NCBI GenBank assembly: GCA_964016885.1
Contig: OZ024740.1
Location: 200,384,001 to 200,448,000 of the forward strand
Direction of reading: 5' to 3'
DNA length: 64,000 nucleotides
DNA from: Eledone cirrhosa
Lineage: Eukaryota
How positions within the stretch are numbered: position 1 is the stretch's first letter; the number at the start of each line of letters is the position of its first letter. A model generated the notes under the pieces. The model worked only from the letters and a program-made list of their open reading frames with translations. It did no database searches and was not told the origin of the DNA. Made by a program: the position numbers and the translations under genes. Positions 27,203 to 40,200 of this stretch are shown here, in pieces.

Positions 27203-28039
27203 TTAATAATTTTTTAAGGCAACGCTTGTAATAACTCTAGTTATACATGATATATATTAATAATAAATTATCGTTGTAATGTAATTAGATTATATAATTG
27301 TTATTTTATAAATGTTCTTATAAATATTATTGTAAGATGTATTTAAAATATTTTCAGACTTTTAATATAAACAACTACAAAAAACAATCAATATTAAATA
27401 AAGATATTTTACATAATAATTATTATAGTTGAATTAATAAAAATTAAATATTACATACAAATAATCTAACATAATAATAATAAAATAATCTAACATAAAA
27501 CGAACAATAATATGGACAAATATACAAGTAAATATTATACAACCAATATTATAAGCATGTTATAACGAACTGAAAACAAATATTTAATATAAATTTAAAA
27601 AATCATATATAAATTAACAATATAACTTACCAAAACGAGAAAAAATAGTTTGATGTTAAACGACGAAATACAGGAGGAAAATTCGTAGGCGAAACGATAA
27701 ATAAACGTGCAAAGTGTCGGAATCATTTGAGCAACAATTACCCTCATTGGTTGATTAGCCAATAAGACAATGAAATTATCCAAAAAGACGATACATTACA
27801 AAACATCTTTGGCAGGGATCACGACGGCCAGTGAGACCCCTTGAATTTTTTATTCACAAGCTACACATATATGTCAGACATGCAGACTTAAAACATTCTG
27901 TTGTTACTCACTGCGTTTCTAACAGATATCAAAGTTGTACCTCTATATTTGTCCATTCCTCCTCCCGAAAAGCACCACCCACAAACATACACACATGTAT
28001 ATATAGCACAGACGTCTCCTGGCCTCAATAATTGTCAGA

Positions 28040-28720
28040 ATATGTTGTGTGGTAGTGTGAAACTATCTGTCCTGTCACTCAGACATGATGGGAAACCAAG
28101 TGTTCTTTATGCCCGTCATCAGTTTGGTTTGATTATTGGGATGCAAGGTGTTCATCTTGTATTTAACTATACCCATTGATTCTCTAGAAAAGGTGCGTTA
28201 CTTGATCAAGGAAAAATTCCTTTATGTGAGGATCAGTAAACCCGATAATCGTTATTTGGAAATATTATACAAATGGTAAACCCTACTAGAAAAGAATTTC
28301 CACATCAGAAAATATCATGGTGATTGTACAGCTGCATATGAGATGGCAGCTTACACCCTCATTAAACGTGACACTAGACTTCATGTATCGTATGCCAGTA
28401 CCTCCAGTCCTCTTTAAAAATGTACAGCCTTCGCTTCCGAATGAGATATAAATTGAACTCATTATAAAATAACTCTTTATACCACTGCTCAACATATTAG
28501 TCTTGCTTTCCCTTGTTACAATTCCAGCTCTTATTAAAACGATACGTGGTGATCGATGCTTCCCTCTTGTAGCTCATCATTTAAAGTGGGGTGGCATATC
28601 ATACACAAACGCAAAGTTCAGTCCACCTTTTTTTGGATCTTTTCAGGATTGTGTAACCTGCTCTTTTTTTTCAGTTGACTTGAAACTGCAGTCAAACCTA
28701 CTGTGGGATTATTTCTTTCT
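28040..28720 (+). mobile_element. Possible hAT transposase remnant
   Basis: LSVLSLRHDGKPSV resembles the catalytic (T)TDGAP region, and FFGSFQDCVTCSFFS resembles the C-terminal FGSTYxCEQxFS motif. Very decayed. Confidence 0.3.
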
Positions 28721-29077
28721 TTAATTAATCCGTCCAAACATGTTTTCACTAAGATGCTTCAAGATAAAACTGTATTTGAGTAGTGAACTGATAGAGTTGT
28801 TAAACATTTATTTAGGAGACATTTCAGTATTTCTTCAGCTCCTACAATTCTGAGTTCATATCACGTGTCCAACTTCGGCTGTAGACTGAATAGTTCGCTT
28901 GGTCTAGTAGTACCACGAGATCATTGGGTGCCTTTAGTGGATGCCACCGTTCATATATCACACCCAAGAACAAAACCAGTCACATTCACGGACCAACACG
29001 TGAACAAGCATGAGCTGAAAAGACCATAGATTCTACTAAGATACCAGATGCTATGTACGGGAGAGAGAGAAAGAGGT

Positions 29078-29149
<72 letters not shown>

Positions 29150-29508
29150 TATAGGATAGAGAGAGACCTTGATAGGATAGAGGGAAAAGTTGAGGTAAGC
29201 GAAATTCGAACTCAGAGAGCAGAGAACTTGAATGAATGACAGAAAACATTCTCTCCGCCGTTGTACATTTTCTACCATTTCGCTACCTATCAAATATATA
29301 CAATATATTAATATTCTGTGATATACATGTATATATGCATACATGCATACATTCATACATGCATATATGCATATATGCATATCTCCAAGACATTGATGAT
29401 GTAAGAGAAATTGAATATATTTTAATGGAATATTATTACCGCACATATAATTCTTGTTTACAATGTTCAGGACTGTCATTTAACAAAGTTTGAATACTAA
29501 GAGCATGT

Positions 29509-29609
<101 letters not shown>

Positions 29610-29959
29610 TCTCTCTCTCTCTCTCTCCCCCAGCTCTCCCTTGACAGTCATTAAAAACAATTTAAGAGGTTCATGTCATCAATAATTATTGGTTAGTCAT
29701 GTTTATAGTAACGTATTTCAAACTTTCCTGGTATATTGCATATTTCACTTTATTCATTTTAATGCATTATTTTATTTATTTATTTTATTTATTATTTACT
29801 TTGTGTCATTTTTAAATAATTATCACTTTGAAAATAATAGACCAATATTTAGAAATTTCACTTCTTATCCATGTTGCCTTCGGCAATCTAATTTCTCGTC
29901 CGTGAAAGTTTTTCCATACAAATCATAAAATTAAATTATAAAGGACAAACTCAAATGAA

Positions 29960-30670
29960 ATCTGTTTGAAAAAAATAAAATCTGATTTTGTAATATTTCA
30001 TCACCAACTGGTATTTGTTATTTGTCTCGGATCTGTAATTTACAACAATAATTAGTCAAGCAGATGCCTTGCTTGTGCTGATTTCTCTTGTTGTTTTATT
30101 TTACGTCCTATTTCGTTACTATAATCTGATCATTCATTATGAAGTAACGCCATTGCATGTGTAACTGCCATGACAGCTAGCAATTAAGTGTGGATTTCAA
30201 TGTGGGTGAATGATCTCTTACATTTTAAAATAATGACTTAATCTAAATCTGAGCATATATTGTATGCAAAACAAGATTTAATGAAATTATTCCACCGCAT
30301 TGAGTATTGTTTTTGTATTTAGTAGTCTGTATTTATGTCCTACTTCTACTGTGCTACTAAGCGTTGTTCTATGGGTCTTATTAATGCACAGAAGTTTGTT
30401 TATCTTTTGTTCTGCATTTTTATTCCATTGACAGTATGATAATGCGTAGAAATATACTTATTTTTAATCACCTATTACGTATGTCATTCCAAGGAGTGAC
30501 ATTTCCTGTATATTGATATTATATATAAGGGATTGGGATATGTTTGAACATGTTTATGTTTTTCAGCTCTTTCCAAAAAACACATTAGATCTGCTTAAAC
30601 TTCGTAAGTCTCGTCATCTCTATTTCAGGTTATATAATTGGATAATGAAAAAGTGGCCCTTTCTTTGAGA
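29960..30670 (+). pseudogene. Decayed class A GPCR pseudogene
   Basis: TM2 RCLACADFSCCFILRP (~30063-30110), TM3-like TAMTASN*VWISMWVND (~30165-30215), TM5 LFCIFIPLTV/MIMRRNILIFNHLLR (~30405-30480) and TM6-like MFMFFSSF/PKNTL (~30550-30585). Frameshifted. Confidence 0.55.
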
Positions 30671-30892
30671 GGTATAGCAATATCATTTAGGATTGACATA
30701 TTAATTACTTATATTCATCTAGACCCCCTTTCTAAATCGAGAGAATTGTCTCTTTTTTACCTTTCCTGTTCTTTGAGTTCAAAAACCACCCAGACTAATT
30801 TTGCTTTTTGAGATCGATACTATATATATATAAATACATCAACTAATACCTTAACACTTCACACAAAGTAAAACATTTCGTTTTAATCTTTT

Positions 30893-30970
30893 TCTAACCC
30901 ATACGATAGAGAGAGAAACAAAAAAGGAAAAAAATATATTTTTCTTCCTAATAATCGTCTCTTTCTCTCT

Positions 30971-31016
<46 letters not shown>

Positions 31017-31095
31017 AGGGAGAAAAAGACGATTATTAGGAAGAAAAATCTTTTTTTTCTTTTTTTGTTTCTCTCTCTTTTTTTTCTGGGTTAGA
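30893..31095. repeat. Palindrome centred on a (TA)n tract
   Basis: TCTAACCC...TTCTTCCTAATAATCGTCT...GTT-(TA)n-AAC...AGACGATTATTAGGAAGAA...GGGTTAGA. Confidence 0.9.
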
Positions 31096-31179
31096 CCACT
31101 GCCACGTCACGATTCTTAGCTATATTTTTTATCTAGTTCTGGTGGGATCGATTTGGAAAATTAACTGTCCTATTGAGTT

Positions 31180-31258
31180 TGTCTCCTGATGAGTTTGATA
31201 CTCGAGATTTATCCTTAATAGAATATCTCAAAATACGAACGAAACCATGGTAGAGATA
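31180..31258 (+). ncRNA. Type I hammerhead ribozyme, canonical core
   Basis: TGTCTC-CTGATGA(31186-31192)-GTTTG..GAGAT..ATCTC..CGAAC-GAAA(31241-31244)-CCATGG-TA-GAGATA. Palindromic stem III and GUA cleavage triplet. Confidence 0.85.
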
Positions 31259-31568
31259 TAATTACGGTTTGTACACGTTTCTTCTAACTTTAAATTTATA
31301 CCTAATTGTGTATGGTTGACGATATATTTGGTCAGTTTCTACATGCTGTTGAAATGCTGGGTAAATACTCTATTGTGGTCAACCGCGAAGAGGCTGCTTA
31401 CGGTTATTTATCAAATATTGCTTCATAGGAGCCTTTATTCTTATAGCCTGGTCTAATTGATATTTTGTATGGTTAATTATGCTAATTGGGAGTGGAAATT
31501 GTATATATTTTATCTAATAATTCTAGGGACATGATTTATGATATATATATATATATATATATATAAAT

Positions 31569-32228
31569 TATAAATTACACAATAATAAAAACTATGTTCA
31601 AATCATTTTATTGCTGACAATCTTTTCTTCCAAACTTTCGTTTGGAATCCTCGGAGCACTAGCAAAGTTTGGACATATAATTAGTTTCCTATTCAACTGA
31701 ACAATTATATAGATAGATGGATATTAATGTTGTCATCAACAGTTTTGTATTTACAGAGTGGAATGGATGTGACATAGATTAAAAGAGAATTGTATAATAA
31801 TTAAAGAGGCACAGAGTGGAATACCTGTGACAGAGATTACAAGAGAATAGTAAAATAATTAAAGCTGCATAGAACGTGCAAATGCGTTAGGCTTATACAG
31901 CCTAACGCATATACATGCCTAACGCATTTTCACTCTCTATACTACTTTAATTATTATACAATTCTGTCACATGCATTCCAATCTGTGCCTCTTTCATTAT
32001 TATACAATTCTCTTGTAATCTCTGTTACATCCATTCCACTCTGTAAATATGAAACTGTTGATGACAACATTAATATCCATGTATCTATATGATTGTTCAG
32101 TTGAATAGGAAGCTAATTATATGTCCAAACTTTGCTAGTGCTCCGAAGAATCCAAACGAAAGTTTGGAAGAAACGATTGTCAGCAATAAAATGATTTGAA
32201 CATAGTTTTGATTATTGTGTAATTTATA
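31569..32228. repeat. Large foldback (arms about 320 bp) adjoining (TA)n tracts, with an HHR in each arm
   Basis: The arms are near-perfect reverse complements. They contain a ~56-bp internal tandem duplication and a central ATGCGTTAGGC/GCCTAACGCAT hairpin. Confidence 0.95.
32136..32188 (+). ncRNA. Type I hammerhead ribozyme with variant core CCGAAGA
   Basis: TAGTGCT-CCGAAGA-ATCCAAAC-GAAA-GTTTGGAA-GAAA-CGATTG-TC-AGCAATA. Stem II has 7-8 bp closed by a GAAA tetraloop. The inverted copy 31609-31661 has CCGAGGA. Confidence 0.75.
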
Positions 32229-32349
32229 TTTCTTGTCTGTAAAACATCTGATGTATTTACATTGAGCTATTTTTCTTACTGGTAATAAGGTAGTAATAAA
32301 TTACTGACCTTTCCTGTTTATAGTTGTATATAGTGTTTGTATAACTATA

Positions 32350-32435
<86 letters not shown>

Positions 32436-32439
<4 letters not shown>

Positions 32440-33253
32440 ACTAGAAATTGATTAACATATATATAAACATGAATAATCACAGGAGATAATTTTTACAAGT
32501 GTGTAACCACACATAGCTAGGTAGGTAACTAAATAAAGTTGACTAGAACTTCAAAAATAGATACCTTATAATATGATTAATCTTCCCTGTATATATTCCA
32601 TTAAAGAAATATATTTCACCAATTAATCAGATGGTAAACCACGAAAGTGGAGATTTGGATTTTCAACAAGGAAGAAATTTCCAGCCATCCGCGCTTACAC
32701 TTCAAGTTCAAATCTTCAACTGGCTATTACCACGTGTAGTATTTACTATAAATACACACATCACAGTAGCTTCGTTCCAGTGGCGTGAATAGGGTTATCG
32801 ACAACTAGAAACAGCAGTCGAATCCTTTCAACAGAGTTAGCTCTACAATTAAGGAGCCGTATATATATATATCAATATCCAAAATTAAGATAAATTAAAT
32901 GAATTTAATCTAAATCAAAATTATGGGTGTCATGCCAGAAAGACATGCGCCATATCACCCGGAAAATAAGCTCTAAGATTCTAACGAGTAGGTCCGAGCA
33001 TTTTATAATAACTAGAAATTGATTAACATATATATAAACATGAATAATCACAGGAGATAATTTTTACAAGTGTGTAACCACACATAGCATTCATGTTTAT
33101 ATATATGTTAATCAATTTCTAGTTATTATAAAATGCTCGGACCTACTCGTTAGAATGTTAGAGCTTATTTTCCGGGTGATATGGCGCATGTGTTTCTGGC
33201 ATGACACCCATAATTTTGATTTAGATTAAATTCATTTAATTTATCTTAATTTT

Positions 33254-33259
<6 letters not shown>
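32436..33259. repeat. Tandem plus foldback arrangement of another (TA)n-associated element
   Basis: Direct repeat 32436-32518 = 33007-33088; inverted arms 32875-33046 / 33089-33259. Region 32495-32860 has a diverged inverted homolog at about 46080-46445. Confidence 0.9.
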
Positions 33260-33290
<31 letters not shown>

Positions 33291-34124
33291 AAATGATTCA
33301 GGACCCCGCAGTTTCGACAGCTAGGTCCGAACTTATATATATTACAAGAAAGAAAGCGGGCTGTGTGGTTACTGTAAACAAAGTTTAAGATGGTAATATG
33401 GACGAAACAAGAGAAGAAACCCTACATCAGCTATTAACTGCAGATCATAGATGTTTCGGCGCTTAAAACAGGACAAATGTATATATATATATATATACAT
33501 GTCAACATCCCCAAATCATTAATAGTTTTCCTTCGCTAACATTAAATCTCGGAGTTGATCTCACTACGTAGCAACCTCATTCACATAACCTCATTCACAT
33601 AACCCTCGAGTCGACCCAAGCTCAGTAAATGAAAATTGTTGGAAAACGCGACAGATTGAGTGTACCATAATACATAGGGTAAGCCTTGCCACACACTGTG
33701 TCATGCTGAATTATGTTAAGGGTACACGTGTATCAGAAATGATCTGTTACATACCTGTTAGTTTCTAGTGCACGCTGTTTTGTTGTTCGGACAATTGAAA
33801 GAGTCATTGTTGAAACTGAGGTCTATTAATCGATCAACCTACTGAAACATCACTGAAACTCATAATAGAAATCACAATGCATGTATGAAACAGAATGAGC
33901 ACCCAGCACTACAACACGTCATAATCCACACAAAAAAAATGTACAGAAACACCAGCCAACACTAAGTCACACAGTAACAATCAAACCCTCACTCCCACTT
34001 TCTGGGCACTGAAATACAAAAAGATATCCCCACATTACATACACTACCCTAACTCCACCTTTCATACAACATGAATCGCCCAGCACATACAAAACACAAT
34101 TAGCACACAACAAAATAATGGATT

Positions 34125-34535
34125 ATTCTAGGCACAAGACCTGCAATTTTGGGTAAGGACGGGCGAAGTTGATTAAATACTAGATAGACTATTATTTGAT
34201 TTTATCGGTTGCGGAAGGGTGAAAATCAACGGGAAGATTTCAGCGGAATTTGAAATCAGATTGTAAAAATTTGGAACAAAATATTCCGACGCTATACCAG
34301 TTCTGCATCTAGCGCTCAATAACATAATGGTTTGTTATATAGGCACAAGGCCAGCAATTTGGGGGTAGAGGAAAAGTCGATTAAATAGACCCCAGTGCGT
34401 GACTGGTACTTAATTGTATAGACCCCGTAAGGATGAAAAGCAAAGTTCACCTCCGCGGGATTTGAACTAAGATCATAAAGGGCCGTAACTCTATGCTGCA
34501 AAGCATGGCGTCCGACCCTCTACCGATACTGTCAA
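34125..34535 (-). mobile_element. Two adjacent SINE copies (major family)
   Basis: AGGCACAAG...AATTT.GGG...GGATTTGAACT reads as the reverse complement of the 7651-7860 SINE. Confidence 0.8.
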
Positions 34536-35261
34536 AATAAAATAATACAACTTACATTGCACATATTCAAAGCCACAAATGAAACCTACAAATTAATACC
34601 AGAATCCAAACTCTCATACCAAGATTACATCCAACACTTGAATATGACAATGCGCCTAACACCTCAACAAGATGATAGAGCAGCCTGATTTTACAGCAAA
34701 AACTATAATTCAATAGCTCTTTTTATTCTTGCAATGATCATTTTGTTTTATATTCATTCAGTGAAAGTGTTTGGTATAGTCGTTAGGGTGTTCAGCTCAC
34801 GATCACAAGATCGTTATTTTATTTTCAAAGAGTAGGAGGTGTCCTTGTCAAAACACTTTATTGCACGTTGTTCCAGTTCACTATGCTGGGAAATATTAAT
34901 TGCACATCTGTATACGTGTTTTAGCCGTGTTTCGTACTATGTCATACAGAATCTAGCTACATTAAGAATATACATGTCAGTGAAAGTGTCATCCATCTGC
35001 ACGTTAATTTCAGAAGCAGTCTGTTCCGTTTTTGAACAACGTTGAAACATACACAAGCAACTTCTGTGTAGTGAGTGAATCTATTTAAAGAATAAAATAA
35101 TAAGTGTGTGTGCTTGGCTGTGTAGTTAAAGTGTTCCCTTCCCAAACTTGAGGTTTTGTGTCAATCCCGCCGCGTAGCATGTCGAGTGCATTCTGCTATA
35201 ACGGCTGTTTAAACACTCATTGTGCATGAAGGTTGGTGAATGGGAAACAGCAGACGCCCGT

Positions 35262-35264
<3 letters not shown>

Positions 35265-35294
<30 letters not shown>

Positions 35295-35316
35295 GTGTGT
35301 GTGTGTGTGTGTGGGT

Positions 35317-35368
<52 letters not shown>

Positions 35369-35376
35369 GTGTGCGT

Positions 35377-35470
<94 letters not shown>
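35265..35470. repeat. (TA)n/(TG)n compound microsatellite
   Basis: Direct reading. It generates several spurious ORFs. Confidence 0.95.
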
Positions 35471-37222
35471 ATGTATGTGAGAGTGTGTATGTTTGTCTTT
35501 GTTTTGACACAATATTGAATTAAAAAATAAGTTTTAGAGCTGAAAACATTATTACTGGGGCAGATATGATCGACTAAATCAAGGTGGTGTCCCGCATATT
35601 GGCAGTCAGGAACCAAGAAAGTTAAGAATATATTGTTTCGTCTTGCTATGATGAGTGTCATAGAAAGGAATATATTACCATGACTGTTTTAAAATATTTT
35701 GCTTTATAATTGTTAGTTCAGTCATACAGCGTACAATCTTGGATATCTTTACTAGAGCCTCAGGTCGAACGATGTCTTGTAAATTGAATTGGGTAGCTCA
35801 AAACTGTGTGGGTGCCGGTCGGATGAACTGTAATAAATAAATTTGGGAATTAGTTAATCCAGACAATGTTAGAGATACGTTCCGCTCCACTAATTGTTTA
35901 TCTATCAACTATGGATGAAAGTTAAAGTTGACTTCAGCGGGACGTAAACTCAGAAAAAGGGACTTAGAATATATAACGCAAAGCCTTTACTTTTAATTTT
36001 CTATGTTTCAACTGCAAGATTCTCAGTCGGCTTTACAAATATTTATCGTTAGATTTTGTGTAATATACATCTAATTTACGATGAGAATTCTTGCAAAACA
36101 TATATTCATAGAAAATACAAATATGATTTATGAATTGCAGAACTTCGGTATTCTAATATAATTAAGAGTAATTAATTTGTGAAGAATTAATCATTAATGA
36201 AGGTTTCAGATGAAGTATATTGCTTTATTCTATCATTTCTCCCGAAGTAATGTAGTGGATAATTATTGAGATAAACAGCTAATTAGTGTAACCATTTGAT
36301 TGGAAAACAAAGTAGATCGATTGTATTCGATATATCACTTGAAAGGAGACGCTGATTTTATTGTAAAATATAATGATGACTCGCAGAATTGAATTATGGA
36401 TCAATTTATAAAGATAAGAGAAACCTTTTCTAGTGAGGTATCAACGAAAAATTCGTTTTATTCACAGAAGTAGATAATGTGTAGGTGAAGTGCTATAGGA
36501 AATCCTTTCATCCAATAACTTTGATTTATAGTAAGCAATGTAATAAAAAAAAATATATTTTCAACGCAATTCATACAGGAACCGTCCATACTTTATTAAG
36601 TGCTATGGTTATATTTGTCTACTATTGATTAATAGCAGATGTTTTTCCCCTTTAAATATATTTCTCACTAATCGTATACACGGTCAAATATAATTAAACA
36701 AAAGCAATGAATGGGCAACATAAGTAGAAACTATGTGTTAATCTGTTTATTAATTTCAAGAACGTCAGTATTCCGTGTGTCATAATTCTCGATTATCATT
36801 GGTTCATAGGTTTCAAACGACTCCGCCCACCTCAACGACGCCAAACTGAAATTAATATGCATAATGCCAATGAGGGAGTGAGAGGAGAGGGTGTGAACGC
36901 TGTGTTCAATAACTATTAACATATGTGCGTGTATATGTACGTGCGCGTATGTTTATGTGTGTGTGCGTGCGTGCAGCGTTCTACAGAAAGTAAAAACTAT
37001 CAACACGTGTGAGTGTGTGCGCGTGTAAGTTTGCGTGCGTGTGCGCGTTTCCATTCGTTTATGTGTGTGGCGTTCCACAATCGCCACGCAGTTTATCTCT
37101 CTGTGTTCCTGTCTCTCAGTCTAACACACACAGAGTTGTGAAGGGAGTAAGAGTGATCTTTCTTTACATTGCCGGACATCTTTTATATTTATTATTGTGT
37201 CATTTTTTGACAATTGCTCCAA

Positions 37223-40200
37223 ATGAATACTGATAATAAAAGCAATTCGACTTTATCAAACAGTGAACCACAGCAGCGACAGCATGCAGCCAGGAATGAA
37301 TAAAAACGGGCCGAACAGCGCCATCGGAAAGCCGAACTTCAGAGGCGAAGACGGTCGACCATGAATGAAGAGGAGCAGGTTGAACAACGCCAACGAAACA
37401 CTGGAGCCAAGCAGCGAAGGCGTGCTGCGATGATTTAAGTCGAACTGGCCGAGCATCATCAGCAGATGGCCAGAATTCAGCAGCAACGGCGTGCTGCGAT
37501 GGATGAAGAGGAGCTGGCTGAACAGCGCCAGCGCAATACAGAAGTTCAGAGAATGTGTCGCCAAAGTGCTCCTCATTCCAGTAAAGAGGCTAGAAGGCTA
37601 ACGAAAGATATTAAAAATGGATCATGGCAACAATGTCGTTTTCAGATTGGTGGACGAGCAGAGTGTCCACATTGGGGAGGAATTCATTTGGAGGCACAAA
37701 AATACGTGGACCACAATGTGCTGTCATAAAGGAGCAGTTCAACTAGAACCCTTGCGAATGCCGGATGATGAGGAGTCACCGGAGTTTAAAATAGTAAGTA
37801 TGAGGGGTGATCAAGGAGACCGAGGTAGATTACTGCCCAAATATTCGCGGCAAATTAACAACTCATTAGCTTTAACATCGCAGAGAGTTAGTGAGATATT
37901 TGAGAGTGGAGCATGGCAACCGAATGTAGTCATTCAAGGCCGTTTGTATCATTGTATCGGTAATTTAGAAGTTACGCCAGGAGATAGGCCTCGATTCGCT
38001 CAAATTTACGTTAACGATCCAGATTATAGTGAATCGGAGGAGGATATCAGGTTCGGTTGGATGAAGTTGCCGGGAAATATAACTGAACTTGAAGAGCAAA
38101 GTTTAAGTGATTTGATCCGTGATTTGCAATCATGGCTTAGACAGTGTAATCCTTATGTTATGGATTTCATGTTGGTGGCTGAACTTCAAAATGTTCTGCT
38201 GAATATTGGTGATTAAGGCTGACGCATTGCCAAGGAATCAACACGAACGGCGATATAATGCCCCTGAAGGATTTCGTGAAGTTGCTGTGATGATTGACGA
38301 TAAGCCTGGATCGAGAGATATCGTCTTCAATCGCAGAGATGGTGGTCTCGAGACTATCAATGAGTCAAATAGGGCATACGATGCATTGCATTATGTTCTT
38401 TTATTCCCAAAAGGTGAAAATGGATGGAACATGTCTGTTCATTTAGATGATCATGAGAATCAGCATCAACAGGGAGGTGGCAATAGATACAATAATTCGG
38501 TTCGCGACTTTTAGGCGTTCCATTTGAACGATAGGAATCAACAGAGAAATGCGCTATTTTAAGCCAGCAGATTGTTCCAGGAATACTGTTGTATGGCATT
38601 CCCAAAGATCGAAAATGAAAGGCTAAATTATATAGTTACACATCAGCAACATATCAGAGATGAATTGTATAATAATATACAGGATGCGATAACAGCCAAT
38701 GATGTCAATTACAAGCAAATTGGTCGACGCATCATTTTGCCATCGTCGTTCATCGGCGGCCCGAAATATATGAACATTCGCTATCAGGATGCAATGGCTA
38801 TTGTCAGAAAGTTTGGAAAGCCAGATTTGTTTTTAATGGACTGATATGGACTGATATTAAGGATGCACTTTTGCCAGGACAACAGCCAAAGGACCGTCCT
38901 GATATTGTGGCAAGAGTATTCAAAGGATATCTGAAAAAGATAATGGATGATGTGGAAAAAGAGGGAATCTTTGGAGGTATAGTTGCTTTTACATACGTAA
39001 TTGAATTCCAAAAAAGAGGGTTGCCACATGCATATTTGCTGATCATTTTACATAGATATTGCAAATTGAGATATGCTGAAGATGTCGACAGCATTGTGTG
39101 TGCTGAACCGCCGGAGAATGAGGCACTACGCAACTTGGTGGCAAAGTCAATGGTGCACAACCAATGCGGAGTGGCAAATCGGAAAGCGCCTTACATGAAA
39201 AAATGGCCAATGCAGTAAGCACTATCCAAAATCTTTTGTCCCCAACACTTCCTGGAACGATGGGGATACTCATCCCTCATACAGAAGACGGTCGCCTGCC
39301 GATGGCGGTTTGGTCGAAAACGTAAACGGTCGACAGGTTACAAATCAATGGGTTGTGCCATATAATCCATATTTAATTATGAAATATCTTATTAATGTGG
39401 AAATGTGTAGCTCAGTGAAAGCTTGCAAATATCTATTCAAATATGTTTACAAAGGTCATGATCGGGCAATGATCAATGTCAGGAATGAGGAAGCGAACCA
39501 AGGAGATGAAGTTGGCAGGTTCCAGGTTGTTTGCTTGATGGGATCTAGCGAAGCTTGCTGGAGATTGTTCGATTTTGATCCCAATGAACTCAAACCCAGC
39601 GTTCAGAAACTGACGGTTCACTTAGAGAATAGGCAAATGGTCTGTTTTCAGGACACCAGCAGAGGTGTCGAAAGAATTGCTAACGCACCACCTCCTAAGA
39701 CGGAATTGACTGAGTGGTTGAAGCATAATAGGGAACATGCTTTGAACCCGGATCAAAGGCAGCTCTACTGCGATTTCCCTTCGCATTATACGTGGGATAA
39801 GAAGGGAAAGAAATGGAATGATAGAAAATAAAAGTTGAGATTCATGACTATTGGACGGGTTTGTAATGTCCATCCAGCAACTGGTGATGTGTTTTATCTC
39901 CGATTTCTGTTGCATAATGACATTTCGAGAGGTAAACAGAGCTTCGCTGATTTGAAAACAATCAATGGCGTGGAATATGAAACATACCAGGCTGTGTGTC
40001 AACATCTGGGACTCCTTCAGGATGACGCTGAATAGAATAACGCCATGGAAGCTGCAGGAACAACACAGATGCCAGCTCAAATAAGGCAGTTGTTTGTCAC
40101 GATTCTAGGATTCTGCAATCCTGCCGATCCAAGAGAGTTATTTGAACGCCATTGGGGAATTATGGCTGATGATTTTAGGCATCATCTTCAGGTCGATTAT

